Shown in pieces: positions 11,313 to 21,392 of a stretch of DNA of 64,000 nt. Location of the stretch: the NCBI GenBank assembly GCA_963705115.1, contig CAVPIX010000010.1, positions 2,062 to 66,061 on the forward strand. Reading direction: 5' to 3'. The stretch comes from an uncultured delta proteobacterium (GTDB lineage: Bacteria; Desulfobacterota; Desulfobaccia; Desulfobaccales; 0-14-0-80-60-11). The first letter of the stretch is position 1. Every line of letters starts with the position of its first letter. The notes under the pieces are model-generated. The model saw only the letters and a program-made list of their open reading frames with translations. It was not told the origin of the DNA and did no database searches. The position numbers and the translations under genes are program-made.

Positions 11313-11792
11313 ATGGCAAAAATTCTTCTCACCCGGGCTGGCTATGAAGAGATCCTGAGGGAACTCCGGCTCCTGGCGGGAGAGGAACGCCCCGGCCTGG
11401 TCAATGAAATCGTGGAAGCCACCCCGGAGTGGGGGGCTGCAGCCAATCCCGACCTCCAGCGCCTCCTGGCCCGAAAGGCCAGGCTGGAGCAGCGCATTGT
11501 CTACCTCCAGAAGGTCCTGGCCAACGCCGAGGTGTTGGTGGGCAGCAACCTGCCCCCTGACCGGGTGCGGTTCAATTGCCGGGTGACCATTTGCCACCTG
11601 GCCAACGGCAAGGTCCAGCAGTTCAGGCTGGTGGGGCCGGTGGAGGCCGACGCCCAGAACGGCCGCCTGTCCACGGCCTCCCCCCTGGGCCGGGCCCTTA
11701 TGGGACGGGCCCCGGGGGACAGGGTGGACCTGGAAACCCCGGCCGGCCGGCGATCTTACCAGATCCTGGACATCACCGTGGATGAGGCATGA
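11313..11792 (+). CDS. GreA/GreB-family transcription elongation factor-like protein
   Basis: MAKILLTRAGYEEILRELRLL... forms the coiled-coil N-terminal half, and RVRFNCRVTI...GRLSTASPLGRALMGRAPGDRVDLETPAG is the GreA C-terminal domain. The stop overlaps the next gene (ATGA). Confidence 0.7.
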   Translation: MAKILLTRAGYEEILRELRLLAGEERPGLVNEIVEATPEWGAAANPDLQRLLARKARLEQRIVYLQKVLANAEVLVGSNLPPDRVRFNCRVTICHLANGKVQQFRLVGPVEADAQNGRLSTASPLGRALMGRAPGDRVDLETPAGRRSYQILDITVDEA

Positions 11793-12745
11793 GCGGCACC
11801 CATACCCGCACCCACGGCCATTCTCAGGCCCATTCGCCGCATAACCATCGTTATCAGAGCAGCCGCCGCCCCCTGGTCCTGGCCTTTGTCACCCAGTTCA
11901 TTTTTTTCGTGGTGGAACTGGCGGGGGGCCTCCTCACCAACAGTCTAGCCCTCATCGCCGACGCCGGCCACATGCTGAGCGACGTGGCCGCCCTGGGCCT
12001 GAGCCTTTTGGCCCTGTACTACACCCAGAAGCCCCATACGGCTCAGAAAACCTACGGCTATCACCGCCTGGAAATCCTGGTGGCCTTGCTCAACGGCCTG
12101 GTGCTGTGGGCCATGGGGGCCTACATCCTCTATGACGCCTACCAACGCTTTCAGGAGCCACCAGCCATCGCCAGCCTGCCCCTGATGATCATCGCCGGCC
12201 TGGGTCTCCTGGTCAATCTTTTCGGGGTCATCATCCTTTATCCCACCAAGGACCAGAGCATTAACGTGCGGAGCGCGTTTTTGCACCTGGTAGCCGACTC
12301 TTTGGGCTCCATCGCCGCCATTGCCGCAGGGCTGGCCATTTTTTTCAAGGGCTGGTACTGGTTTGATCCCCTGGCCGCCGCGGTCATTGCCGTCCTGATT
12401 ATTTTCGGCACCTGGCAGTTGGTCTGGGAAGCCGCGGACATCCTCATGGAGAGCACTCCCAGACACATCGACCTGGGAGAAGTGAGCCGGGCCCTGGAGG
12501 AGTGGCCGGGGGTGGAGGAAATTCACGACCTTCATATCTGGAGCATCTCCTCCGGTCTGTTTGCCCTGAGTGTGCACGTGGTGCTGTCCGACTCTCGGGA
12601 CCGGGATTGCCTCACCTGGGAACTGGAAGAGCTCTTAGCCCATCGTTTCGGCCTGGACCACGCCACCATCCAGCTCGAGGGGCCTGGCTACCACAATCCC
12701 CGGATCTGCTCCCTGAACCCGCCGCAGCTACAGACTAAAGAGTAA
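11789..12745 (+). CDS. cation diffusion facilitator (CzcD/ZitB-type) metal efflux transporter
   Basis: A His-rich N-terminus is followed by six TM helices, LIADAGHMLSDV and HLVADSLGS metal-site motifs, and a C-terminal cytoplasmic domain with IHDLHIW. Confidence 0.85.
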   Translation: MSGTHTRTHGHSQAHSPHNHRYQSSRRPLVLAFVTQFIFFVVELAGGLLTNSLALIADAGHMLSDVAALGLSLLALYYTQKPHTAQKTYGYHRLEILVALLNGLVLWAMGAYILYDAYQRFQEPPAIASLPLMIIAGLGLLVNLFGVIILYPTKDQSINVRSAFLHLVADSLGSIAAIAAGLAIFFKGWYWFDPLAAAVIAVLIIFGTWQLVWEAADILMESTPRHIDLGEVSRALEEWPGVEEIHDLHIWSISSGLFALSVHVVLSDSRDRDCLTWELEELLAHRFGLDHATIQLEGPGYHNPRICSLNPPQLQTKE

Positions 12746-12922
12746 GCGTTTAATCTTTCTGATTGAACAGTTTTACAAGGAAAAGCAATATTCGAAGCGC
12801 AAAATTAAGAGAAAACTTTTCTAGCTTGCCAAACCCCCCCGCCATATGATTTGTTTGCCGTGAGCATCTTTTTTTCATGATATGCAGTGAAAATGTCTGG
12901 AAACCTTGATTGAGGAGGGCCC

Positions 12923-15367
12923 ATGTCTGGGAACCTGTGGGAACTGAAGCCGGAAAACCTGCGGGCTGCATGCGATCTCGACACCCTGGGATTTGAAACC
13001 ACGTCGGATCTCGCCCCTTTGAAGTTGAAAGTGGTGGCCCAGGACCGGGCCCAACGGGCCCTGGAGTTCGGACTCGGGATCAAAGACCACGAGTACAACA
13101 TCTACGTGGCCGGTCCCCGACATGCCCGCAAGACCGAGACGATCAAGGATTACGTCAGTGAGCTGGCGGCCCAGGAAGCCTGTCCGCCGGACTATCTCTA
13201 TGTCCACAACTTCAAGGAGCCGGAACGGCCTCGGAGCCTGGTTCTCCCCACCGGCCGGGGGCGCACTCTGAAGACCGACATGGAGGAACTCCTCGCCAAC
13301 CTGAAGATGCACGTGCCCGAGGTCTTTGAGGGCGAAGAGTTCAACAACCGCCGGGAAGCCCTGGTGCGCCAGTTCACCCAGGAGCGCAACGCCATTCTTC
13401 AGGAATTGGACGCCCAGGCCAACCAGGAGGGGTTTATCCTCAATATTTCCCAAACGGGTCTCATGCTCTTTCCGGGGAAAGACGGCAAGCCCATGAGCGA
13501 GGAGGAGCTGAAATCCCTCACTGAGGAAGAACGGGAATCATTGCGCCAACGCTCCAACTCCCTGCACGAGGAGATGAACGAAGCCATTGTCAAGATCCGC
13601 CGCATGGAAAAGGAGTTCCAGGAAGCGGAACGAAAGCTGGACCAGGACATGGCCCTGGCGGCGGTGGGGCAATATATTGAGGAACTGGTGGAGAAATATC
13701 ACGACCAGCCCCCGGTGATCGATTACCTGCGGGAGGTGGAAGCGGATATCCTCAAGAACATCGAGGACCTGAAGAAAAAGCCGGGAGCGCCCAGCCCCCT
13801 GCCCTTTCCCATGCCCGAGCCGAGCTTCACCCAGTACCAGGTGAACCTTTTTGTGGACAACTCCGAATGCAAGGGCGCCCCGGTGATCCTGGAGAACAAT
13901 CCCAACTATTCCAATCTTTTCGGCGGGGTGGAGCGCCGGGCCCAGTTCGGCGCCCTGGTCACCGATTTCACCCTGATCCGCCCCGGCTCCCTTCACCGGG
14001 CCAACGGCGGCTACTTGATCCTGAATGTGGTGGATCTGCTGCGCTGGTTTTTTTCCTATGAGGCCCTGAAGCGCTGTCTCAAGGACCAGGAAATCAAGAT
14101 TGAGGACCTGGCGGAGCAGATGGGATTTATCGCGGCCCGCACCCTGCAGCCCCAGCCCATTCCCCTGCAGATTAAAGTCATCCTGGTGGGCGACCCCTAT
14201 CTTTATCAGCTTCTCCTGATTTATGACGATGACTTTAGCAAATTCTTCAAAATCAAAGCCCATTTTGACTGGGAAATGAAGAAAACCCCGGAGCACGTCC
14301 AGGAATTCTGCGCCATGGTGGCGGCCTTTTGCCGGGATGCAGAGCTGTTGCCGGTGCATAAAACCGGCATGGCCCGCCTCATCGAGTACGCCCAGGAGCT
14401 GGCCGGCCACCAGAGCAAACTGACCCTGCAGCTCACCAATGTTCTGGACGTGGTCAAAGAGGCCAACTTCTGGGCCCGCTCCAACGATCATCAGGTGATC
14501 CTGGGGGCGGACATCGAGCGGGCCATCGACGAGAAGATCTACCGCTCCGACCTGCCGGAGGAGAAGCTCCAGGATTTCATCGACGAGGGCATGCTCTTCA
14601 TCGAGACCGCGGGCGGCGTGGTGGGGCAGGTCAACGGCTTGTCGGTCTATACCCTGGGAGACCACGCTTTCGGGCGCCCCAGCCGCATCACCGCCACCTA
14701 CGCCTTGGGCAAGGACGGGGTGGTGGCCATCGACCGGGAAGCCCAGATGGCCGGCAATATTCATAACAAAGGGGTGCTGATTCTCTCGGGGTTTCTGAAA
14801 AGCCGCTTCGCCCAGGACAAACCCCTGAGTTTGACGGCCAGCCTCACCTTCGAGCAGAGCTACGGCCTGGTGGAAGGGGACAGCGCCTCCGCCGCGGAAC
14901 TTTTGGCCCTCCTCTCGGCGCTGGCGGACGCGCCCCTGAAACAAAATATCGCCATCACCGCCTCCATCAGTCAGCGGGGGGAAATCCAGCCCATCGGCGG
15001 GGTGAACTGGAAAATCGAGGGTTTTTATAAGGTCTGCAAGGCCCGGGGCCTGGACGGCTCTCAGGGGGTCATCATTCCCAAGGCCAACATTCAGGACCTG
15101 ATGGTCAAAAAAGAGATTGTGGACGCGGTCAAGGAAGGCAAATTCCATGTCTGGGCCGTGGGCCGGGTGGATGAGGCCCTGGAGCTTCTGACCGGCATGC
15201 CCGCGGGCCAGCGCCAGCCGGACGGCGCCTGGGAGCCGGACAGCGTCAATGATAAGGTGGACCGGACTCTGCGCCGCCTCATGGAAACGGCCCGGGAGCT
15301 CATGAAGGAAGAGGAAGAGAAGAAGGGCGGCGCGCCTGCGCCTTCCCCGGCCGGTTGCGGGAAATAG
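12923..15367 (+). CDS. Lon-related S16 protease with AAA-like domain carrying a degenerate Walker A (LonC/YcbZ-like)
   Basis: The C-terminal Lon proteolytic domain has GDSASAAELLALLSAL (catalytic Ser) and ...IPKANIQDL. A long coiled-coil insertion is present. The Walker A position reads VAGPRHARKT instead of GxxxxGK[ST]. Confidence 0.8.
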   Translation: MSGNLWELKPENLRAACDLDTLGFETTSDLAPLKLKVVAQDRAQRALEFGLGIKDHEYNIYVAGPRHARKTETIKDYVSELAAQEACPPDYLYVHNFKEPERPRSLVLPTGRGRTLKTDMEELLANLKMHVPEVFEGEEFNNRREALVRQFTQERNAILQELDAQANQEGFILNISQTGLMLFPGKDGKPMSEEELKSLTEEERESLRQRSNSLHEEMNEAIVKIRRMEKEFQEAERKLDQDMALAAVGQYIEELVEKYHDQPPVIDYLREVEADILKNIEDLKKKPGAPSPLPFPMPEPSFTQYQVNLFVDNSECKGAPVILENNPNYSNLFGGVERRAQFGALVTDFTLIRPGSLHRANGGYLILNVVDLLRWFFSYEALKRCLKDQEIKIEDLAEQMGFIAARTLQPQPIPLQIKVILVGDPYLYQLLLIYDDDFSKFFKIKAHFDWEMKKTPEHVQEFCAMVAAFCRDAELLPVHKTGMARLIEYAQELAGHQSKLTLQLTNVLDVVKEANFWARSNDHQVILGADIERAIDEKIYRSDLPEEKLQDFIDEGMLFIETAGGVVGQVNGLSVYTLGDHAFGRPSRITATYALGKDGVVAIDREAQMAGNIHNKGVLILSGFLKSRFAQDKPLSLTASLTFEQSYGLVEGDSASAAELLALLSALADAPLKQNIAITASISQRGEIQPIGGVNWKIEGFYKVCKARGLDGSQGVIIPKANIQDLMVKKEIVDAVKEGKFHVWAVGRVDEALELLTGMPAGQRQPDGAWEPDSVNDKVDRTLRRLMETARELMKEEEEKKGGAPAPSPAGCGK

Positions 15368-15471
15368 GGTGGGGGCTGGCCCTGATTTTTCAGCAATTTT
15401 TTTGCCTGCGAGGTAGCCCGGAATTGACGACACCGAAATTCCCACTGCCAAACAAAGCAACTTTTCTCTTC

Positions 15472-15837
15472 ATGATGGCAGCCCTGGTCTTGGCGTTGGC
15501 GCCAGCCTGGGCCGCGCCGCTCATCATCAGCGACCAGGACAACGGCCGCACCGTGACGGCGGCGGCGGGCCAGCAAATCACCGTCAACCTGCGGCATCCG
15601 GGCAGCGGCGGCTATAATTTTCTCAGTCCGGAGTACGACCACAGTGTTCTGCAACTGCTGGAGGAGAGCCGCCTCCCGGCCACCGATCCCCGCCGCCTGG
15701 GGGATTTTGGCCGCATGGTCTTCCAGTTCCAGGCCATCAAACCGGGACAAACGGCACTGGTCATCCCCATTAAGCGCCCCTGGGAGAAGGAGTCCCAGAC
15801 TTACCTCAAGATCACCATCTCGGTGCGGCCTCAGTGA
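15472..15837 (+). CDS. secreted chagasin-family (I42) peptidase-inhibitor-like protein
   Basis: A signal peptide MMAALVLALAPAWAAP is followed by a beta-rich ~100-aa domain. It has TV..GQQITVNL, PGSGGYNF (the NPTTGY-like loop) and KRPWE (the conserved RPW loop). Confidence 0.55.
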   Translation: MMAALVLALAPAWAAPLIISDQDNGRTVTAAAGQQITVNLRHPGSGGYNFLSPEYDHSVLQLLEESRLPATDPRRLGDFGRMVFQFQAIKPGQTALVIPIKRPWEKESQTYLKITISVRPQ

Positions 15838-15894
15838 TCAATTCCATGAATACGGTGACATATTGGTGACGGTTTGGAGGCCGAAAATGTATTT

Positions 15895-16003
15895 TCTCTC
15901 ACCCTAATCCTCTCCCCCATCGGGCGAGAGGGGATAAAGAGAGAACCCAGGCGGTTCTCCCTCTCCCCCCATTGGGGGGAGAGGGTTGGGGTGAGGGGGG
16001 CCT
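15895..16003. repeat. double CCTCTCCCC/GGGGAGAGG hairpin element between the two chagasin-like genes
   Basis: The sequence is CTCACCCTAATCCTCTCCCCCATCGGGCGAGAGGGGATAAAGAGAGAACCCAGGCGGTTCTCCCTCTCCCCCCATTGGGGGGAGAGGGTTGGGGTGAGGGGGG. Confidence 0.8.
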
Positions 16004-16062
16004 GAATAATATTCGCTGTCATATTTATGCAATCGTTAACTTACTTGCCCTGGGCGATTCCT

Positions 16063-16482
16063 ATGCAGCACAAAAAGGTATTCTTCAGCCTGGTTTTTTT
16101 CCTGGCCCTGTGGGGGCTGGGGATATTTGGGGCCCTGGGGTCAGACCCCTCTGCGCCCCTGGTCCTCACCGAGAAGGACAACGGCCGCACCATAACCCTG
16201 GCGGTGGGCCAGCGGCTGGTGGTGGACCTCAAACTCGGCCCCGGCCATCATGTGGTTGCCCCGGAATTCGACCCCTGGATCCTGATCCTGGCGGGGCAAA
16301 GACTGACCTCTACCTCCGGACCGCAAGGGTCATCCTCCCGGATTATCTACGAGTTTTTCGTGCGCCAGGGGGGCCAAACGGAGTTGGTGATTACCGCCAA
16401 AGGTTCCGGAAACGCCAAAGGTGAGTCCAAGCCCCTCCTGAAGGTGAAGATCGTGGCCAGGGGCGGCGGGGAGAAGGTTTAG
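16063..16482 (+). CDS. second, divergent chagasin-like secreted protein (paralogue of 15472..15837)
   Basis: A signal/TM segment VFFSLVFFLALWGLGIFGA is followed by LTEKDNGRTITLAVGQRLVVDLK, which parallels ISDQDNGRTVTAAAGQQITVNLR of the upstream gene. The RPW loop is not conserved. Confidence 0.45.
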   Translation: MQHKKVFFSLVFFLALWGLGIFGALGSDPSAPLVLTEKDNGRTITLAVGQRLVVDLKLGPGHHVVAPEFDPWILILAGQRLTSTSGPQGSSSRIIYEFFVRQGGQTELVITAKGSGNAKGESKPLLKVKIVARGGGEKV

Positions 16483-16494
16483 GACGGCCTGGGA

Positions 16495-17316
16495 TTAACC
16501 CTTGGATTCGATGCAGGCGTACGCGGAATGGTTGTGAATGGACTCGAAGTTTTCGGACTCCACCGCGAACCAGGTAAAATTCTGGTCTTTCCCTAACTTG
16601 TGGGCGATTTCCCGGACCACGTCCTCCACGAACATGGGGTTGGAGTAGGCCCGCTCGGTGACGAATTTCTCGTCCTGGCGTTTTAACAGGGCGTACACTT
16701 CGCAGGAAGCGGACTCCTCCACCAGCCGGATCAAGTCCTCGATCCAGAAAAATTTCTTGAAACGCACCTGAATGCGCACTTCCCCCCGCTGGTTGTGGGC
16801 CCCCACCTGGCTGATCTCCTTGCTGCAGGGGCACAGGGTGGTGATGGGCACGGTGATCCCCACTACCAGGTCAATCTGCCCATCCCCGTCCAGGGAGCCC
16901 TTGAAGGTGCAGATGTATTCCATGAGGCCCCGGGCCTTGCTCACCGGCGCGGGTTTGTCGATGAAATAGGGGAAGCTCATCTCGATGTGGGCGCTTTGGG
17001 CATGGAGGCGTTTGCGGGTTTCCTCCAGGATGGCGGCGATGTTCTTGATGCTGATGTCCCGGCGGCACTCGGAGAGGATCTCGATGAAGCGGCTCATGTG
17101 GGTGCCCTTGTGCCGGTGGGGGAGATTGACGTACATGTTGATGCGGGCCACGGTGTGCTGGGTGCCGTTGAACTTGTCCAGGACCACGATGGGATAGGAA
17201 ATGTTTTTGACCCCCACCTTGTCGATGTCGATGGTGCGGGGGCTGGGCAGTTTTTGCACGTCGGCGATGACTTCCGCCGCGCCGACGCTGGTGAGGGGGA
17301 ACTTGGGGGACGGCAT
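16495..17316 (-). CDS. folE2: GTP cyclohydrolase FolE2/MptA family (type IB)
   Basis: Motifs seen are VGVKNISYPIVV, VNLPHRHKGTHMSRF and TTLCPCSKEIS...GAHNQRG, which are typical of DUF198/FolE2 enzymes. Confidence 0.8.
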   Translation of the reverse strand: MPSPKFPLTSVGAAEVIADVQKLPSPRTIDIDKVGVKNISYPIVVLDKFNGTQHTVARINMYVNLPHRHKGTHMSRFIEILSECRRDISIKNIAAILEETRKRLHAQSAHIEMSFPYFIDKPAPVSKARGLMEYICTFKGSLDGDGQIDLVVGITVPITTLCPCSKEISQVGAHNQRGEVRIQVRFKKFFWIEDLIRLVEESASCEVYALLKRQDEKFVTERAYSNPMFVEDVVREIAHKLGKDQNFTWFAVESENFESIHNHSAYACIESKG

Positions 17317-17429
17317 GGTATGGTGTTAAGGCTTGGCCAGGATTTTTTCCAGGTATTATATCATAAATCCATTTTGCCAACTGATTTAGAGCGTCTCGTT
17401 AAGGTTTTTGTGAAAGTCTTCCCCTGATC

Positions 17430-18734
17430 TCAGCTGTACCGGAAGCGTTCGGCCACGGCCCGGGCGTGCAGGGGCAGGCCCTCGGTTTCGGCCAGGAGCA
17501 CCACCGCGTCTTTGAGGGACGCCAGCCCCTCCCGGGTGAGATGCTGGAAGGTGGGCTTCTTGATAAAATCATCCACGGAAAGCCCCGAGAACATGCGGGC
17601 CGAGCCCCCGGTGGGCAGCACGTGGTTGGTGCCGCTGGCGTAGTCCCCCACCGGCACCGGGGCATATGCCCCCAGAAAAATGGAGCCGGCGTGTTCGATG
17701 CGGGACAGCAGCGCGAAGGGGTCCCGGGTCATGATCTGCAAGTGCTCCGCGGCATAGCGGTTGGCAAAGTCCAGGGCTTCATCCAGGTTTTTGGTCACCA
17801 GGACCGCGGAATTTTTCTCGATGGCCGTCTCCAGGATTTCCCGGCGGGGCAAGGACGGCAGCTCAGCCAGGATGAGGTCCACGACTTTTTGGGCCAGTTC
17901 CGGGGCCGGGGTCACCAATACTGCGGCGGCATCCTGGTCGTGCTCCACCTGGGACAGGAAATCCGCAGCTACGAAACGGGCCTCGGCCGTATCGTCGGCC
18001 ACGATTAGGGCTTCGCTGGGACCTGCCGGGGAATCAATATCCACTTCGCCGAAAACCAGGAGCTTGGCCGCGGTGACATACTTGTTCCCCGGGCCCACGA
18101 TCTTGTCCACTTTGGGGACGAGGCTGGTGCCGTAGGCCAGGGAGCCGATGGCCCAGGGGCCGCCCAGTTTGAAGAGGCGGTGGGCCCCGGCCAGGTGCGC
18201 GGCCACGAGTGTCGCCGGGTTGAGGGCCATGCCCTCGCCGGGGGGAGTGCAGGCGATGATTTCTTTCACTCCGGCCACCATGGCGGGAATGATGTTCATG
18301 AGGGCGCTGCTGGGATAGCTGGCCAGGCCGCCGGGGATATAGCAGCCCACCCGGGGAATGGGCCGGGCCAGCCGGCCGGCCAGGATGCCGGGGCGGATTT
18401 CCACGGCCCACATCTCCCGCTCCCGCTGGGCCCGGTGGAAAATCTCAATATTGGCGGCCGCGCCTTTTAGGGCCTCCAGCACCCGGGGATCGACGCTTCG
18501 GTAGGCGGCCTCGATTTCCTCAAGGCCGACTTCCAGCTCCTGGACGGTGAGATCGGCCTTGTACTGGCGGTGCCAGCGCAGGCTTTCCTCGTCCCCATCC
18601 CGGCGCAGAGCCGCCAGTATGGCGCGCACGTCCTCCATGACCTGGTTGACGTCCTGTTGAGAACGGTTCAGCAGGCGATTGAGCCGGTCCGGCGCCAGGT
18701 TTTTCAGATGTTCCACCTGCAAAACTGCCATCAT
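17430..18734 (-). CDS. hisD: histidinol dehydrogenase
   Basis: The full-length 434-aa product has GGLASYPSSALM, SQVEHD and GDYASGTNHVLPT motifs. Confidence 0.9.
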   Translation of the reverse strand: MMAVLQVEHLKNLAPDRLNRLLNRSQQDVNQVMEDVRAILAALRRDGDEESLRWHRQYKADLTVQELEVGLEEIEAAYRSVDPRVLEALKGAAANIEIFHRAQREREMWAVEIRPGILAGRLARPIPRVGCYIPGGLASYPSSALMNIIPAMVAGVKEIIACTPPGEGMALNPATLVAAHLAGAHRLFKLGGPWAIGSLAYGTSLVPKVDKIVGPGNKYVTAAKLLVFGEVDIDSPAGPSEALIVADDTAEARFVAADFLSQVEHDQDAAAVLVTPAPELAQKVVDLILAELPSLPRREILETAIEKNSAVLVTKNLDEALDFANRYAAEHLQIMTRDPFALLSRIEHAGSIFLGAYAPVPVGDYASGTNHVLPTGGSARMFSGLSVDDFIKKPTFQHLTREGLASLKDAVVLLAETEGLPLHARAVAERFRYS

Positions 18735-18895
18735 GAGCCCCCGCTTCTTCGAGAAATATCTTGCATCCCAGCAATTATCCTGTGATTGTTCTATATACCA
18801 TAAAATTGTTGTTAAAGGTGTTGCTATAGGGGAGGAAGCCAGAGCATTTTGAGGGCGGGAACTGGAGTTTGGACACCCTCCCCTCCAGCCGGCCT

Positions 18896-18978
18896 TATAC
18901 TAAGTTGCGCTCATAGAGGTAATATAATGTAGCCGCGAGGCTAAGCCTGCGTTCGGGCACGGCAAGCCGTGCCCCTGC
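18896..18978 (+). repeat. ~83-nt two-hairpin repeat unit upstream of rnr
   Basis: The sequence is TATACTAAGTTGCGCTCATAGAGGTAATATAATGTAGCCGCGAGGCTAAGCCTGCGTTCGGGCACGGCAAGCCGTGCCCCTGC. The hairpin core (18929-18978) is near-identical to the reverse complement of 21907-21956; the flank aligns more loosely. Confidence 0.75.
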
Positions 18979-19256
18979 AGAAATACTACTTGTTTGATGG
19001 CAACTTGGTATTAATCGGGAGCACAGGCATCTGGCCTGTGCGCATAGACTGGAAGCCTGTGCTCCCGAGTGAGATGCTTGTAGGGAGCCATTAGGGCGGG
19101 GTAAGGTCCTGATACCAAGTCGCAATAAAATGGCAACCATTGTAGAGGCGTGATTCATCACGCCCGTTTGAAGGCGCAATAAATTGCGCCACTACAAAAT
19201 ACCTTTTTAACTGCATCTTGGTGAAGTCCCTGGCTCTCCCCCCAAAAGGAGAAAGC

Positions 19257-21392
19257 ATGGCCCGTAAAAAGCGCAAACGCCCCCCCGGGGAAAAAAGGCT
19301 CCTGGAAGTTCTCGGTCAGGCCGGGCGGCCTCTTTTGCTCAAGGAACTTCAGGAGCTTCTGCATATTCCCCCTGACCAGGCCGCCTGGGTCAAGGAAGGC
19401 CTGGACCGCCTCATGAGCCGGGGCGACCTGGTGCTCATCAAGGGGAAACGCTACGGCCTCACGGACAAGATGAACCTGGTGGCGGGCAGCCTCAGCGTGC
19501 ACCCGGACGGCTTCGGCTTTCTCATGCCGGAGGGCGGCGGCAAAGACATCTACATCAAAACCGCTGACCTGAAAGACGCCTGGCACGGCGACCGGGTGGT
19601 GGCCCGGCTGGAGGCAACCCGGGGCAAGCGCCGGGAAGGGCGGGTCATCCGCATTATCGAGCGGGCCGCCGTGGAGATCATCGGCCTTTTGGGCTACGCC
19701 GCGGAGACCTATTTCGTGGAGCCCGAGGACGAGCACCTGCTGTTCAACCTGGTCATTCCACCGGGAAAACTGGGCGGCGCCCAGCCGGGGGAGGTGGTGC
19801 GGGCCAGGGTGACGCATTATCCCACGGGGCACCTCAATCCCCAGGGGGAAGTGGTTGAGGTCCTGGGGCCCATGGAGGACGCCGAGGTCCAGACCCTCAT
19901 CGTGATAGGCAAGTACAGCCTGCCGGACCAGTTTCCCCCGGAGGTCCTGGCCGAAGCGGACCCGATCTCCCCTGAAATCAGCGCCGCGGAAATCGCCAAA
20001 CGGGAGGATTTGCGCCATCTGCCCATGGTGACCATCGACGGCGAGAGCGCCCGGGACTTTGACGACGGAGTCTATGTGGAGAAGCACCCTGGGGGCGCCT
20101 TTACCCTGTACGTGGCCATCGCCGATGTGGCCCATTATGTAAAACCGGGGACTGCGCTGGACCAGGAGGCCTATCACCGGGGCACCAGCGTGTACTTTCC
20201 CCAGCGGGCCGTGCACATGCTGCCCCCCCGCCTGTCCACCGGCATTTGCAGCTTAAACCCTGGGGAGGACCGCCTGGCCCTGGCGGCCATCCTGGACTAC
20301 AACCGCCGGGGCCGCTTGAAAAACTGCCGCTTCACCCGGGCCGTGGTGCACAACCACGCCCGCCTTACCTACACCCTGGTGCAAAAACTCCTGGGGGACA
20401 AAGACCGCAAACTGCGCCAGCAATACCGCCCTTTCCTGAAAATGCTCACCTGGATGGCGGAGCTTTGCCATCGCCTCCGGGAGCAGCGTTACACCCGGGG
20501 CAGCTTGCTTATGAGCATCCCCGCCGCGGAGGTGGTCCTGGACGAGCGGGGCTGGCCCGTGGACGTCAAGCGCATCGACCACCTGTTGGCTCACCAGGTC
20601 ATCGAAGAGTTCATGATTGCCGCCAACGAGGCGGTGGCCGAGGAACTGGGGGAGCCTTCGGTCTTTCGGGTGCACGACCCCCCTGACCCAATGAAAATGG
20701 AGGCCTTCCGGGCTTTTTGCAAAACCCTGGGCTTTGACCTCCCCAAAGAGGCCAACCGGGACCCCCGGGTGCTGCGGGACTTCCTGGACGAGGTGCGCAA
20801 GACCGAGCTGGCCCCCATGGTGCAGCTCATGCTCCTGCGCTCCCTCAAGCAGGCCCGCTACGCCGGGGTGAACCGGGGCCACTACGGCCTGGCCTCGGAG
20901 TGGTACACCCATTTCACCTCCCCCATCCGCCGCTACCCCGACCTCATGGTGCACCGCCTGCTTGCGGCCCACCTGGGTAAAAAACGGGCCGCGCCCCCGG
21001 ACGAAGGCGAACTGGACGACGCGACCCGGTATCTTTCGGAGCGGGAGCGCCGTGCCATCGAGGCCGAGCGGGAGATGCTGGCCCGCATGCAGGTGCGCTG
21101 CCTGGCCCATCGGGTGGACGAGGAATTTCATGGCCTTATCACCGGGGTGACGCCCTTCGGCTTTTTCGTGTCATTGGAGGAAATTTTCGCGGACGGCCTG
21201 GTGCGGTTGGTGGATTTGCCGGATGATTATTACAAGTATGACGAGTCCCGCCAGCGCCTGCTGGGCCGCCGCCACCGCAAGAGCTTCCAGTTGGGGGACA
21301 CGGTGCGGGTGAAGGTGGCCCACGTGGACATCAAACGGCGCCATGTGAACCTGGTCCTGGTGGACGGTGAGCAACCGGCAAACGAGGAGTGA
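19257..21392 (+). CDS. rnr: ribonuclease R
   Basis: A basic N-terminus and HTH are followed by cold-shock-like domains. The RNB domain has TIDGESARDFDDGV and HFTSPIRRYPDL, and a C-terminal S1 domain has GLITGVTPFGFFV. AAAGGAG precedes the ATG at 19257. Confidence 0.9.
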   Translation: MARKKRKRPPGEKRLLEVLGQAGRPLLLKELQELLHIPPDQAAWVKEGLDRLMSRGDLVLIKGKRYGLTDKMNLVAGSLSVHPDGFGFLMPEGGGKDIYIKTADLKDAWHGDRVVARLEATRGKRREGRVIRIIERAAVEIIGLLGYAAETYFVEPEDEHLLFNLVIPPGKLGGAQPGEVVRARVTHYPTGHLNPQGEVVEVLGPMEDAEVQTLIVIGKYSLPDQFPPEVLAEADPISPEISAAEIAKREDLRHLPMVTIDGESARDFDDGVYVEKHPGGAFTLYVAIADVAHYVKPGTALDQEAYHRGTSVYFPQRAVHMLPPRLSTGICSLNPGEDRLALAAILDYNRRGRLKNCRFTRAVVHNHARLTYTLVQKLLGDKDRKLRQQYRPFLKMLTWMAELCHRLREQRYTRGSLLMSIPAAEVVLDERGWPVDVKRIDHLLAHQVIEEFMIAANEAVAEELGEPSVFRVHDPPDPMKMEAFRAFCKTLGFDLPKEANRDPRVLRDFLDEVRKTELAPMVQLMLLRSLKQARYAGVNRGHYGLASEWYTHFTSPIRRYPDLMVHRLLAAHLGKKRAAPPDEGELDDATRYLSERERRAIEAEREMLARMQVRCLAHRVDEEFHGLITGVTPFGFFVSLEEIFADGLVRLVDLPDDYYKYDESRQRLLGRRHRKSFQLGDTVRVKVAHVDIKRRHVNLVLVDGEQPANEE

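Noticed and set aside
13538-15460. 640-aa ORF on the minus strand
   Set aside because: It lies entirely antisense to the motif-rich Lon-like gene. Its Gly/Arg/Pro/His-rich low-complexity translation is typical of shadow ORFs in GC-rich DNA.
19158-21131. Long minus-strand ORFs (352 aa and 292 aa) opposite rnr
   Set aside because: They are antisense shadows of a full-length RNase R with all RNB and S1 motifs, and they carry no motifs of their own.
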